Shown here in pieces: positions 47,411-58,117 of a DNA stretch of 64,000 nt. Position 1 is the stretch's first letter; every line of letters starts with the position of its first letter. The notes beneath the pieces were generated by a model. That model searched no databases. It was not told the origin of the DNA and saw only the letters and a program-made list of their open reading frames with translations. The position numbers and the translations under genes are program-made. Source of the stretch: an uncultured delta proteobacterium (GTDB taxonomy: Bacteria; Desulfobacterota; RBG-13-43-22); the NCBI GenBank assembly GCA_963802945.1, contig CAWDKY010000030.1, forward strand, positions 64,001-128,000, read 5' to 3'.

Positions 47411-47653
47411 ATGGGTAAAGAAAAAATAGCCATTACACTTGATGAGGAATTCATTAGCGAATTGGATCGACTGGTCAAGAGGCACGTTTTTCAAAACCGC
47501 AGCCAGGCCATCCGAGAAGCGGTTAGCGAGAAATTACTGCGACTCAAACGAAGCCGACTGTCGATTGAATGTTCCAAACTCGACCGGTTAGCTGAAAAGG
47601 CCATGGCTGAGGAAGGAATGACCGAGGATGTGAACCAATGGCCGGAATTTTAA
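47411..47653 (+). CDS. RHH/CopG-family antitoxin
   Basis: KIAITLDEEFISELDRLV..NRSQAIREAV; overlaps the toxin gene. Confidence 0.88.
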   Translation: MGKEKIAITLDEEFISELDRLVKRHVFQNRSQAIREAVSEKLLRLKRSRLSIECSKLDRLAEKAMAEEGMTEDVNQWPEF

Positions 47654-47973
47654 GAGGCGAGATTCGATGGGCGGACCTAAACCCCACCCGAGGTCGAGAG
47701 CAGGCTGGTCTCCGCCCAGTATTGATCCTCAGTCACGACATCTTTAACGAGCGATCTGGAACTGTCATAGCCGTCGCTATCACGAGCCAGTCACAGAAAG
47801 CCGGATTCCCTCTGACACTTGAACTGAAATCGGGCACCCTACCAAAACAATCATGGGCTAAGATCAGTCAAATCCGAACTCTCTCCATCGAAAGAATCGG
47901 AAAGCTTATTGGCAAGACTTCTCAGGAAGAATTGATTCAGGTCATTGAAGGACTGAACGAGATCATTGCGTAA
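47638..47973 (+). CDS. PemK/MazF-family toxin
   Basis: RGEIRWADLNPTRGREQAGLRPVLILS..QIRTLS..RI. Confidence 0.93.
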   Translation: MAGILRGEIRWADLNPTRGREQAGLRPVLILSHDIFNERSGTVIAVAITSQSQKAGFPLTLELKSGTLPKQSWAKISQIRTLSIERIGKLIGKTSQEELIQVIEGLNEIIA

Positions 47974-48026
47974 CCATGCAGCGAATCGGCCAGAACTACG
48001 GCCTCTCGCTGATCCCGGCGTTACCC
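47968..48026 (+). other. attC site (last in array)
   Basis: GCGTAAC..CAGCGA..GGCC..GGCC..TCGCTG..GTTACCC. Confidence 0.7.
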
Positions 48027-48074
48027 GGCATGTTGCCCATTGACAACATTGACAATGATTTTTTGAAGACTTCT

Positions 48075-48467
48075 TCACCGATCAGGCTTTTTAGGCGGGA
48101 TGAAAATAAACGATAGGCATATTGCAATAAAAAAAGCAATGTTAAGATCCGTAAACATCCGGTCAGGCCAGTCGTAATACAAAAACTTGTGTACCCAATG
48201 GGAAATAAAACCCTGGGGATAAAGAAATGACTGACCGGCCCCTCGACGTAGATTAGTCTCCCATTCTGTTAAGGGACAGAAAATGCCAAAAAAAGTCTCC
48301 AAAATCACAATCCCCATAGCCGCCAAATGGGTCCACCGAAAGAGCGGATTATAAATCGATTTCCACTTAAGAAAAAAGCCCAGCCAGATATAGACCAATC
48401 CCAAGATAATGTAGAATACGTAAGCGAAATGAAAAAGCATGACCAGATTTGCAAAAATGGCATTCAT
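48075..48467 (-). CDS. DUF2784-like membrane protein
   Basis: HFAYV, FRWTHL, CPLTEWE..LR, GFISHWV..LYYD. Confidence 0.8.
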   Translation of the reverse strand: MNAIFANLVMLFHFAYVFYIILGLVYIWLGFFLKWKSIYNPLFRWTHLAAMGIVILETFFGIFCPLTEWETNLRRGAGQSFLYPQGFISHWVHKFLYYDWPDRMFTDLNIAFFIAICLSFIFIPPKKPDR

Positions 48468-48499
48468 TACAGCCAGGTTTTGCCGATCAACCCCAAGAC

Positions 48500-49270
48500 G
48501 ACCTGTTCCAGTCCATCCTGGAATTATTAAATTAACAGCTCAATAAGAAAGCGGGCAAAAGCTCTTAGTCCCGTTCTTTCCTGGTCGGTGAGCCAGGAAT
48601 AGGCCGCCTCCCATTTCTCCCCTAAGGGACCGCCTCCGACCCACCCGATTCGGCCATGGTTTCAATCGGCAGAACAATTTTTAAAAAGGCCGCTATCCCG
48701 AGTCTGCGCAGGGCGGAATCGTCCCGGATCATCTCCCAGGTTTGCCGTTCCTCCTCAGTACTCTCTGATGAATACTCCAATAGACGGGTTTGGTAAAGTC
48801 CACTACCCCGTTCGATGAGCAGACGGACCACATCTGCATCTTTAATGGCTACGGAGAGCAGGAAAACCAGTTGTTGAAGCCTGGGCATATCCAGGCCTGC
48901 TTGCCTTCCAGCCTCTTGTAGCTGTGTGGAAAATCGGAACTGGTAAAATTCAGGGGTCCCATGCAGCAGGCGCGTGGCCGATTTCGTGTTGGACTATACC
49001 CTTGACTAAAGGTTCTGGAACGTCTTTGATCTTTTCAATGGGGATGTGAATCCTGGGGTAACCCCTCCAAGCTTCATGGGTAGCTAAAAAATTTGATTCT
49101 CCGTTGGTGGTAACACCTAATTCGGCTTTTTCTCTGGCGTCGAATTCCTGAAAATCCAAGGTTTTCTCCCATAAAAATATGGAAATCCGGGACGGTACTT
49201 TATTCCGATCTGCCGGACCGACTTTCCCTGGGCCATAAATCGACTTTCGCTAAAATGCTATCATCCCCAG
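48500..49270 (-). pseudogene. Fragmented hypothetical gene with an HExxH motif
   Basis: Colinear ORF pieces 48950..49159 (FLATHEAW..IVQHEIGHA) and 48622..48888; boundaries approximate. Confidence 0.45.
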
Positions 49271-49316
49271 TACCACAGGGAATAATTTCTAAGAACATTT
49301 CCAAAAAAAAACTGTC

Positions 49317-50258
49317 TTAGCTTTTCTTCTCTTTAGGCGGCTCCGGGGGTCTGGGGTTTTTATAACCCATCAATAGCGTCTTGGGTACAAGTTTTAGTAA
49401 TTGGTCCAGGGTCCAGATCTTCCCGTCATTGAATATTTGTATAATCTCTGTTGGCTCGGAGTAGATGCCTATCTTGTCTCCTGCAGCAGAAAACACCTTA
49501 CCATTGACATTCCAGGCATCATCGGTGCATAGATAGACCACAATAGGAGGAACCCATTCAGGTCCCGGCATATTGATAAGGGCTTCATAGGCCTCTTTGG
49601 TTATTACCCCGGCCTCCAGCCGCTTCTTGAAGCCGGCTTTCACCTCCTCAGTCACAGTCATCCTGGTGGCTGCCCCCGGCGCCAGGCAATTACAGGTTAT
49701 CCCATACCCGCCCAACTCGCGGGCCGCCGATCTCATAAAACTGACTATGGCCCCTTTGGCAGCGGCATAGTTGATTTGACCCATATTGCCCAGCCAGGCG
49801 CTGGAAGTCGTCAGTATGATCCTCCCCCGCCTCTGCTCTCTCATGATCCCTGCCGCCCATCTGATCGTATTAAAATTAGTATAGAGATGAACCTTAAGCA
49901 CCATATCCCAATCTTGATCCGTCATGTTCCAAAGCATCTTCTCTCGGTTAATGCCGGCGGCGTTGACCAGAATATCAAGGCGACCAAAATTGTCCAGACA
50001 ATTGGTAACAATTTCCCTGGCGGCGTTATAATCAATTGCCGAGGCGTAATTAGCAACGGCGATACCACCGATCTTCTTGATCCTGGCCACCGTCTTATCC
50101 GCCATTGACGTATCAGAACCTGTTCCATCTCTGGCTCCTCCTGGATCATTAACAATCACCTTAGCTCCTTCGACGGCTAAGGCCAAAGCGATTTCCCCAC
50201 CTATGCCTCCACCGCCACCAACCACTACGGCACCTTTGTCTTTTAATCTTTCACCCAT
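49317..50258 (-). CDS. SDR oxidoreductase (3-hydroxyacyl-CoA dehydrogenase-like)
   Basis: GGGGGIG, VNAAGI, GQINYAAAKG. Confidence 0.92.
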   Translation of the reverse strand: MGERLKDKGAVVVGGGGGIGGEIALALAVEGAKVIVNDPGGARDGTGSDTSMADKTVARIKKIGGIAVANYASAIDYNAAREIVTNCLDNFGRLDILVNAAGINREKMLWNMTDQDWDMVLKVHLYTNFNTIRWAAGIMREQRRGRIILTTSSAWLGNMGQINYAAAKGAIVSFMRSAARELGGYGITCNCLAPGAATRMTVTEEVKAGFKKRLEAGVITKEAYEALINMPGPEWVPPIVVYLCTDDAWNVNGKVFSAAGDKIGIYSEPTEIIQIFNDGKIWTLDQLLKLVPKTLLMGYKNPRPPEPPKEKKS

Positions 50259-50336
50259 CTTTTAGCCCCCTATTCTTGATAAAATAGTCACGTTTTTAAG
50301 ATCAGCCACGTTTCGACTATTCCCCTGCCCCACTTT

Positions 50337-52109
50337 TTAAGACCTGAAATAACCTTTAGGGTCAAGGGCTCTCAGTACAACCAGCTCACCATGATCCGGG
50401 ATGGGTATGGCCTTAACAGCAGACGACACTTTAAGAGACCAACCGCATTTTTCTTTGATAAGCTTAATCTTATCAGCCAGAGCGGGCCTTTCTGAATTAT
50501 TAAGGCAACCGGTTAGAGTTAACTCGTCATCTCCTCCTAACTTCTCAAAGATTCCAAAATCGGACACCAGCGTTTTTACTCTATAGCCGGGGCAGGTAAT
50601 ATAAGGCACTTTTTCCACAAACCGGGTTGCTGATTGATTCATTACCGCTATCACTTCGGCGGCATTGACGGCATCATTACTGCCACCTGCTCCAGTGAGG
50701 TAAAGCCTGCCTGGTATCTTGGTAGAGTTAACGTTGCCATGTTTATCGATCTCACCCCCACCGATGACAGCCAGACATTTGCTGTTATTACTGCCGACAA
50801 AGACACCGTAAGAGTCCACGATGTTAGTCATCATCTGGCAAGTGGCCATAGTAGGAATGTTCAATACGCTTGGATCGCCCGGCCGGGGTGAATAGCCCCA
50901 GAAGCCGGAGCCTAATAACAAATTGGCATCGCGGCCTTGTTCTTTTAGTTGATAGCAGGCTGTCCAGGCGGCCAGCCCTGCCGTTCCCGCCCCGGCCAAA
51001 ATGGTCTCGTATCCATATTGAATGGATTTTTCTCTTATCTTCTGAGCGGCTGCCAAGACCATCAATTCCCTTGGGTTGACCTCCTCATCCATAAAAGGTG
51101 ATCCTAAAACTACACTTAATTCGTCTTTCCAAGAATCTTTGAGCGCTCGTCTTTTAAGATAGGCAGTCCTCCCCCGTCCCAATTTACGCAAATAATCATC
51201 GTGAGATGGACAATCCAGTACCCATTGCCTTATCCAGTCATCAAACTTTCTCCGGTTCTCACCTGCCTTTCGCTCTTCAGCCTGGAATTCGTAGTCTTCT
51301 CCGTAGACCTCAACCCCTTTCAAGCCGGGGTTAACCAAGCACCCTGGATGGGCTCCCATAGGACAGACCGAAACTGAATTTACCAGGTAGCCGGGGATAT
51401 CAACCAAAAAGGCGTGGCGTCTTATAAAATCGGTCGATACCAATCGTTCTACCGTTACCAAGGCTCCATTCAGGCTGGCCTTTGGCCCCCAAGCGTCCTC
51501 TCCAGCACCCCTTGCCGGACCGGTGATCGTGTTTCCATAGCGATCAGCGACCCAGCCGTGAACCAAGGAGATGTCAGGATTCAAGGCCTTGACCAGCCCC
51601 AGCTTCTTTCCACTTCCAAAGGGGTCTTCGATCACCTGAAAAGAGTCTTCATTTTCTTCAGCCATACTGCTGGCCATGATAGATTTAGTCGGCATAAAAC
51701 CAACGCCAAAGGCCCCGGCCATTAACCTCTGGACAAATGAATAGAGGGACCAATTTTCAATCTCTATCCCCCCCTCGGTGTAGGCCCGCTGAACCACACG
51801 GACCGGCCTCATGGCCGGATGTCCTTCAGCGCAGAGGGTCGTAATAACCTTTCTTGCCAGACCACCATGTATCATGCCTATCCCATAACTGGAGAGCAAA
51901 CTCGTAATCAAAGTGAACCCTGGGGCCTTACTCCAGAACTGCCTCAGAACCTCTCGGGTAGCTGCGCCGGCACCCTCACGAATATGCAGCTTCATCCCTG
52001 CCTCGATACTATTCCTTATGGCCTCCTCAAGGCTTGTGACCTTGTCGCTACCTTCATTTCTCCTCAGTTTAAAAGTGGTTCTGAGGATAGACTCGACGCT
52101 TTTCTTCAT
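50337..52109 (-). CDS. Fused two-subunit CoA-transferase (glutaconate CoA-transferase-like)
   Basis: KVTSLEEAI, ALNPDISLVH..ADRYGN, PMGAHP, EIDKHGNVNST, GAGGSND, YITCPG; start placed at ATG 52109. Confidence 0.85.
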   Translation of the reverse strand: MKKSVESILRTTFKLRRNEGSDKVTSLEEAIRNSIEAGMKLHIREGAGAATREVLRQFWSKAPGFTLITSLLSSYGIGMIHGGLARKVITTLCAEGHPAMRPVRVVQRAYTEGGIEIENWSLYSFVQRLMAGAFGVGFMPTKSIMASSMAEENEDSFQVIEDPFGSGKKLGLVKALNPDISLVHGWVADRYGNTITGPARGAGEDAWGPKASLNGALVTVERLVSTDFIRRHAFLVDIPGYLVNSVSVCPMGAHPGCLVNPGLKGVEVYGEDYEFQAEERKAGENRRKFDDWIRQWVLDCPSHDDYLRKLGRGRTAYLKRRALKDSWKDELSVVLGSPFMDEEVNPRELMVLAAAQKIREKSIQYGYETILAGAGTAGLAAWTACYQLKEQGRDANLLLGSGFWGYSPRPGDPSVLNIPTMATCQMMTNIVDSYGVFVGSNNSKCLAVIGGGEIDKHGNVNSTKIPGRLYLTGAGGSNDAVNAAEVIAVMNQSATRFVEKVPYITCPGYRVKTLVSDFGIFEKLGGDDELTLTGCLNNSERPALADKIKLIKEKCGWSLKVSSAVKAIPIPDHGELVVLRALDPKGYFRS

Positions 52110-52454
52110 TTCATCCCCTTGATCTGATTTTGAGCTTAGCCATCTTCCCGGCCTAAGCCACCATCTCACTCAAGGCCTCCTATGATTTTCATTAACCTGG
52201 CTGAAGAAAATAAAAATCCCACCTCTCCCTTGGGAAAAATGGGTTTTATTATTTTTCCATTGGAACTCCTTTTAAAAAAGGGTGACCAACAAGACCATTT
52301 GGTTTTTTTAAATCCCTACCTGTTCACTGGCTAAAAGTCAATAATTTTTCCCATCTTGCTGATTTTGAAATCGATTTTAAATTTGACAATAGTTTAAGGC
52401 TGATTATCATATGAATAAAGAAACTAAGACCTAAAAGTCATTAGGTATAAGGGT

Positions 52455-54710
52455 ATGGAATCTGAAGCAGCCAATAAAGACTTGGAACAGACCTCCCTGT
52501 CCGTAGGCGGGATGAGCTGTGCCGCCTGTGTGTTGCGGGTGGAAAAGGCCCTGGGTGATTTGGAAGGGGTGGAAAAAGCAGCCGTTAACTTCGCCACCGA
52601 AAAGGCCCAGGTGACTTATGACCCGAAGAAAGTCGACCTGGAAAAATTTCGTCAGGCTATCGAGGAAGCTGGTTATCAGTTTCGCGGCCTGGCCCGGGCC
52701 GGACTTCGAGACAAAGAGCGGGAAGAACGTCAAAAGGAACTAAGCCTGCTTAAAAAGAAATTTATCTTCAGTGTTATTCTGGGTATCCTGATCATGATCC
52801 TATCTATGCCCCATTACATCCCTTATCTGAAGAATGTCCCGCATGACATTTTGTTCTATATCCTCTTTATCCTGACCACACCGGTGCAATTCTGGGCCGG
52901 CAAGCAGTTTCTGACCGGGGCCTGGATGGCAGCCCGCCACGGTATGGCCGATATGAACACCCTGATCGCCGTAGGGACGTTATCTGCCTATGGCTATTCT
53001 TCCCTGGCCACCTTTTTCCCTTCGTTCTTCCATCAAAGCGGCCTGAAGCCCGAAATCTATTTCGACAGTGCGGCCATGATCATCGCCTTGATCTTGTTGG
53101 GGCGGTTGCTCGAAGCCCGAGCCAAGGGGCAGACTTCCGAGGCCATTCGTAAGTTGATAGGACTGGCGCCGAAGACAGCCAGGGTCAGGCGGGACAATCA
53201 AGAAAAGGATATTCCCGTAGAGCAGGTACAAAAGGGAGATCTTGTTTTGGTTCGTCCGGGAGAAAAAATCCCGGTTGACGGTAAAATCCAGGAAGGCCAC
53301 TCGGCCGTGGATGAATCCATGCTGACTGGCGAGAGCCTGCCGGTGGATAAAAACCCAGGAGACGAAGTGATCGGAGCCACCCTGAACAAAAACGGCAGTT
53401 TTGTTTTTGAGGCCACCCGCATAGGAGAAGAAACGGCCCTGTCCCAGATCATCCGACTGGTGGAACAGGCCCAGGGCAGCAAAGCCCCGATCCAGCGACT
53501 GGCCGACCAGGTGGCCGGTATTTTTGTGCCCATCGTCATGGGGATTGCAGTGCTGACCTTTATCATCTGGTATTTTTGGGGCCCTCCCCCTACCCTGACC
53601 TACGCCTTACTTAATTTTGTGGCCGTGATGATCATTGCCTGTCCTTGTGCACTGGGTCTGGCCACACCGACAGCCATCATGGTGGGAACCGGCAAAGGGG
53701 CGGAAAACGGCATACTGATCAAAGGAGGAGAAACCCTGGAATCGATCCACAAATTGACTACCATAGTTTTTGATAAAACCGGAACGCTGACCAAAGGAGA
53801 GTTGGCTGTAACCGATATCATCCCCATGGAAGGATTCGAGACCAAGGCTATTCTGGCCTTAGCCGCCTCGGTGGAAAGAAATTCCGAACATCCCCTTGGA
53901 GAAGCTATTGTGCGAAAGGCCAGAGAAGAAGGATTGGCATTGATGAGTGTAAATCACTTCGAGGCCCTTTCCGGACAAGGCGTTACGGCAAAATGGGAAG
54001 GACAAGAAATTCTGATCGGCAACCAACGCCTGATGGAATCACGGGGTCTGGATTTGGCGCCCGTTCAGGTCTCGGCCGATGCCCTGGCTGAACAGGGAAA
54101 AACTCTGATGGTTGCCGCTAAGAACGGCAAAATAATAGGTCTAATCGCTTTGGCCGATACCCTTAAGGATCAGTCGACTGAGGCGCTGTCTGAACTCAAA
54201 AAAATGGGGCTGAACGTGGTTATGCTCACCGGTGACAATCAACAAACTGCCCAAGCTATCGGCCGGCAACTCCATCTCGACCGGGTCCTGGCCGAAGTCC
54301 TTCCTCAAGACAAGACCGAACAGATCAAAAAACTTCAAGAACAAGGGGAAAAGGTAGCCATGGTGGGAGACGGCATCAACGATGCCCCGGCCCTGGCCCA
54401 GGCCGATGTAGGCATTGCCATCGGTACGGGTACGGATGTAGCCATGGAAGCCTCGGACATTACCTTGATCCGAGATGATCTGCGGGCCATTGCCACGGCC
54501 GTCAAACTGTCCAAAAGGACCATCCTGACCATTCGTCAGAATCTCTTCTGGGCCTTTTTTTACAATGTCCTGGGTATTCCCATTGCCGCCGGAATCCTCT
54601 ATCCCTTCTGGGGGATATTGCTCAATCCGATTCTGGCTTCGGCGGCCATGGCCTTCAGTTCGGTTTCCGTGGTCAGCAATTCCTTACGTTTGCAGCGAGT
54701 TAAGATATGA
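52455..54710 (+). CDS. copA: Cu(I)-translocating P1B-1 ATPase
   Basis: [39 protein letters not shown]. Confidence 0.93.
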   Translation: MESEAANKDLEQTSLSVGGMSCAACVLRVEKALGDLEGVEKAAVNFATEKAQVTYDPKKVDLEKFRQAIEEAGYQFRGLARAGLRDKEREERQKELSLLKKKFIFSVILGILIMILSMPHYIPYLKNVPHDILFYILFILTTPVQFWAGKQFLTGAWMAARHGMADMNTLIAVGTLSAYGYSSLATFFPSFFHQSGLKPEIYFDSAAMIIALILLGRLLEARAKGQTSEAIRKLIGLAPKTARVRRDNQEKDIPVEQVQKGDLVLVRPGEKIPVDGKIQEGHSAVDESMLTGESLPVDKNPGDEVIGATLNKNGSFVFEATRIGEETALSQIIRLVEQAQGSKAPIQRLADQVAGIFVPIVMGIAVLTFIIWYFWGPPPTLTYALLNFVAVMIIACPCALGLATPTAIMVGTGKGAENGILIKGGETLESIHKLTTIVFDKTGTLTKGELAVTDIIPMEGFETKAILALAASVERNSEHPLGEAIVRKAREEGLALMSVNHFEALSGQGVTAKWEGQEILIGNQRLMESRGLDLAPVQVSADALAEQGKTLMVAAKNGKIIGLIALADTLKDQSTEALSELKKMGLNVVMLTGDNQQTAQAIGRQLHLDRVLAEVLPQDKTEQIKKLQEQGEKVAMVGDGINDAPALAQADVGIAIGTGTDVAMEASDITLIRDDLRAIATAVKLSKRTILTIRQNLFWAFFYNVLGIPIAAGILYPFWGILLNPILASAAMAFSSVSVVSNSLRLQRVKI

Positions 54711-54772
54711 AACAGGTGGATAGACAGAAGACCTAAGGCTGAAGGAAGAAAGGTGATGAAAGAAGAATGTGA

Positions 54773-56872
54773 TTAGAATTCTATCCTCAATTGGGTGTTT
54801 TTCTTTTTCCCCTGTTTTTCCTCGTACATATTTTTATCGGCCTGGGATAAAAGGGTTGTAATGGAAATCGGGTGCTCTGGATCATATCCGGCAACACCCA
54901 TGCTCAAGGACAACTTATAAGGACGCCCTGATCCCTTATTATAAAAATTAAGGTTAGTTCGCAGCCTCTCCAGGAGCAACTCAGGCCCGCCTTCTGTGGC
55001 CCCCTCTATAGCCAGGGTCACAAACTCATCCCCCCCGATTCGGGCCAGGATATCCGGATCACGAAAGGACTCTTTTAAAATTCGGGCAATATCCTTCAAG
55101 GCCTGATCCCCTTCCAAATGTCCGAAGGTATCATTAATCCCCTTCAAATCGTCCAGGTCGGCGAAAAGTAAAAAGGTCTCCCTTTTCATTCGATTGGCGA
55201 TTTTTAATTCCTGCTCGGCCAGGGTTAAAAATCCTCTGCGGTTATAAATCCCGGTCAGGTCATCCACCAAGGACATGGCTTTTAACGCCTCTTCAGCCTG
55301 CTTCTGGCGGGTGACATCCCTTAGAATCCCTCGAAAGCCGATCTTTTGATGATCGGAATCCAGGATTAAGGAGACCGAGGTCTCTACATAAATTTTTGAT
55401 CCATCCTTTCTGATCAGCTCCCAGTCAAATCCTCTCTCAGGCAAACTGGTGCGGTAAACCCGGTTAAAAATCTCATAGACCTTCTTGGCAGTTTCCTCGT
55501 CCATATATTGCCGGTTATTTAATCCGATCAGCTCCTCCTCCGGATAGCCGAGCATCCGGCATTGAGCGGCATTGCAGAAGGTCGTATTGCCAGCCAAATC
55601 CACTTCATAATACCCGTCTTCGATGCTGGTCAAGATGGAGCGATAGCGCTCTTCGGAGCGACGGAGGGATTCTCCCGAAAGTTTGCGCTCATTAATTTCG
55701 GCTTCCAGTTTTTTATTGGCTTTGATCAGGTCTTTAGTCCTTTCCTTTACCTGCCCTTCCAACAGTTCTCGCCCCTTGATCAATTCCCTTACGGCTTCTT
55801 TACGAACAGCGATCTCCAGTTGTAAGGCCTTGGTCTGCCTCAAGTCACGACCGACCAACACCAACCCGATGGGATCTTTAAAATCATCACGGAGGATGGA
55901 TGCGGAAATAAAAACCGGAAGCGTTTCTCCGGCTCGAGTTTTCAATAGGGTCTCTCTATCCGGGCAGGTGGCTATTCTATTTTTCAAGGAATCTCTCATG
56001 TCGGCGACCAGGCCGCTGTCGGAAATAATCGTTTCCAATCTCTTTCCAGGGAGCTCTTCTTCCCCATAACCCAGCAGAGCCTCGGTCTGGGGATTGGTCT
56101 GGATGATTTCTCCGGATGTGTTTATCAAAAGCAGTAGGTCTTTCATTCGGGTAATGATTTCTTCAGCGGCAATCTTAGGAGAGGGGACCATCAAACGATA
56201 TTTTACCATGGATCTCCAGACGGCTATGGCCCATAAGAGAAGAATTATCGGAGCGATAGCAGGTAAATTTTTTACCTCAAATACCGGCAGGATCATATTG
56301 ACGGTAAAACCGATAATCACCAAGCCGGCACTGGTCAAAATGAGACGGGTCTGGGCCTTCTCACGGGCCAGACTGGAGGTCTTCCCCCTTTGCCAGAACA
56401 GGTAAAGGCCGATAATAATGCAAGCCCACAGATTGGAGACATGAAACCAATACCAAAAAGAATCAGGGGCAGGAATCTCGATCCAGCCCAAGGCCCCGGG
56501 AATAAAATCTTTGGCGATAACAATTCCGGTCCAGGCCTGATAGACCAGAATAAGACCGGGAAGATAGAGAAAAATATAAATCCAAGGTTTCTTCAGAACC
56601 CTTTCCTTTCCACAGAGAAGCATAAAAAAGTGCAGGCTGATTCCCCCTATGGTACACCACCCCAAGGAGGACATCTTGTACCAGAACCAAAGGGTTTCTT
56701 TGTTGGATGCTTGAAAAACCGGGGCATAAAAGAAGGCCCAAACGGCCAGGCTTAGGCACTGCAGAAAAAAGACTTGGGTCAGTCTTACTCCAGGTTCCTT
56801 CCTCCAGGCATATAGACCAAGGCAAAGATAGATCGCCGCGGATAGAAAGGAAAAAAGCGTAAACAAGTTCAT
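54773..56872 (-). CDS. Diguanylate cyclase (7TM sensor, two PAS, GGDEF)
   Basis: 7 TM N-terminus, PAS/PAC repeats, DDLTGIYNRR, RDPD I-site, RIGGDEF. Confidence 0.93.
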   Translation of the reverse strand: MNLFTLFSFLSAAIYLCLGLYAWRKEPGVRLTQVFFLQCLSLAVWAFFYAPVFQASNKETLWFWYKMSSLGWCTIGGISLHFFMLLCGKERVLKKPWIYIFLYLPGLILVYQAWTGIVIAKDFIPGALGWIEIPAPDSFWYWFHVSNLWACIIIGLYLFWQRGKTSSLAREKAQTRLILTSAGLVIIGFTVNMILPVFEVKNLPAIAPIILLLWAIAVWRSMVKYRLMVPSPKIAAEEIITRMKDLLLLINTSGEIIQTNPQTEALLGYGEEELPGKRLETIISDSGLVADMRDSLKNRIATCPDRETLLKTRAGETLPVFISASILRDDFKDPIGLVLVGRDLRQTKALQLEIAVRKEAVRELIKGRELLEGQVKERTKDLIKANKKLEAEINERKLSGESLRRSEERYRSILTSIEDGYYEVDLAGNTTFCNAAQCRMLGYPEEELIGLNNRQYMDEETAKKVYEIFNRVYRTSLPERGFDWELIRKDGSKIYVETSVSLILDSDHQKIGFRGILRDVTRQKQAEEALKAMSLVDDLTGIYNRRGFLTLAEQELKIANRMKRETFLLFADLDDLKGINDTFGHLEGDQALKDIARILKESFRDPDILARIGGDEFVTLAIEGATEGGPELLLERLRTNLNFYNKGSGRPYKLSLSMGVAGYDPEHPISITTLLSQADKNMYEEKQGKKKNTQLRIEF

Positions 56873-56988
56873 GATCCATTACCTCGAAAAAAATTGGATT
56901 TGAGGCATACTACTAAAAAAATGAAACTCTTTACCGAAGAACGATCCATTTATTATTTTCCACGGCGTTGAAAGGGATTCCAACTCCT

Positions 56989-57960
56989 TCAGGAGTATAA
57001 GTTCATATCGCTTTCAACCATTTCCTGGATCAACTCCTCAAAGGTGATGGTCGGCTTCCAGCCAAGGACTCTCTCTGCCTTGGAATAGTTCCCCTGCAGG
57101 ACCATGACTTCCGAGGGACGATAAAGAGTTTTGTCGATTTCCAAATAGTCCCGAAAATCCAATTTCAGCAAAGAGAAGGACTTTTTTAAAAAATCTTCTA
57201 CGCTGTGGCATTTCCCGGTGGCAATGACATAGTCATCCGGCTTTTTCTGTTGAAGCATCATCCACATGGCCCGGACATAATCCTGGGCATGTCCCCAATC
57301 TCGCTTGGCCTGAATATTCCCCAGTTTGATCTTTTTCTCTTTACCTAATTTAATTAAAGCGGCCTGAGAAGTTATTTTACGGGTAACAAATTCATGGCCC
57401 CGGCGGGGAGATTCATGATTAAATAAAATGCCGCAGGAAGCATGTAAGCCGTAAGCTTCCCGGTAATTCCGAGTCAGTTCAAAGCCGGCTACCTTGGAAA
57501 TCCCATAGGGGGAACGAGGATGGAAAGGCGTATTTTCATCCTGCGGGGTCTCTCTGACCTTTCCAAAGGTCTCGCTGGATGCGGCGAAATAAAAGTGGCA
57601 ATGGGGGGCCTTTCGTTTTATGGATGACAATAAATAATGAGTCCCGTTGATGTTGGTGCTGATGGTCGAAAATTCATCTTCAAAGGAATAACTGACGAAG
57701 CTCTGGGCCGCCAAATGATAACATTCGTCCGGCTCAATCGTTTCGATCACATTGAAGATGCTGGGGTAACTTTCCATGGAACCAGCATGGAGGGTAATTT
57801 TATCCAGGATATGACGGAGCCGCCAAAGACGATGGAGAGGGTCTTCTAAAGCCATTCTGCGGACAATGCCGTGGACCTCATATCCCTTGGAAAGTAAAAG
57901 TTCGGATAAATAACTTCCATCCTGACCGGTTATTCCGGTAATCAAGGCACGTTTCTTCAT
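56989..57960 (-). CDS. gmd: GDP-mannose 4,6-dehydratase
   Basis: ITGITGQDGSYL, LAAQSFV, PRSPYGISK, LFNHESPRRG, RDWGHA. Confidence 0.95.
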   Translation of the reverse strand: MKKRALITGITGQDGSYLSELLLSKGYEVHGIVRRMALEDPLHRLWRLRHILDKITLHAGSMESYPSIFNVIETIEPDECYHLAAQSFVSYSFEDEFSTISTNINGTHYLLSSIKRKAPHCHFYFAASSETFGKVRETPQDENTPFHPRSPYGISKVAGFELTRNYREAYGLHASCGILFNHESPRRGHEFVTRKITSQAALIKLGKEKKIKLGNIQAKRDWGHAQDYVRAMWMMLQQKKPDDYVIATGKCHSVEDFLKKSFSLLKLDFRDYLEIDKTLYRPSEVMVLQGNYSKAERVLGWKPTITFEELIQEMVESDMNLYS

Positions 57961-58021
57961 GGTCGAATTTCCGTTTAATTTTTACATTTTGGATTCTGGA
58001 AAACTTTTCTTTCCCTATGAT

Positions 58022-58110
58022 TGTTTCTGGTTGCGAGTTCCAGGTTGTGGGTTAAAAAAATGATGCCAAATAAACATAACCCGAAACCCGTAACGCCTAG
58101 CCCGGAACTA
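58022..58110. repeat. Degenerate 7-mer repeat forming an intergenic hairpin
   Basis: TTTCTGG TTGCGAG TTCCAGG TTGTGGG mirrored by CCCGAAA CCCGTAA..CCCGGAA. Confidence 0.5.
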
Positions 58111-58117
58111 ATTTATT

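Noticed and set aside
42830-48026. CRISPR array
   Set aside because: The recurring palindromes are attC sites separated by gene-sized cassettes; no identical direct repeats with short spacers and no cas genes.
52380-52455. CsoR/CueR operator upstream of copA
   Set aside because: A TTGACA..TATCAT promoter is visible but I could not find a convincing operator palindrome.
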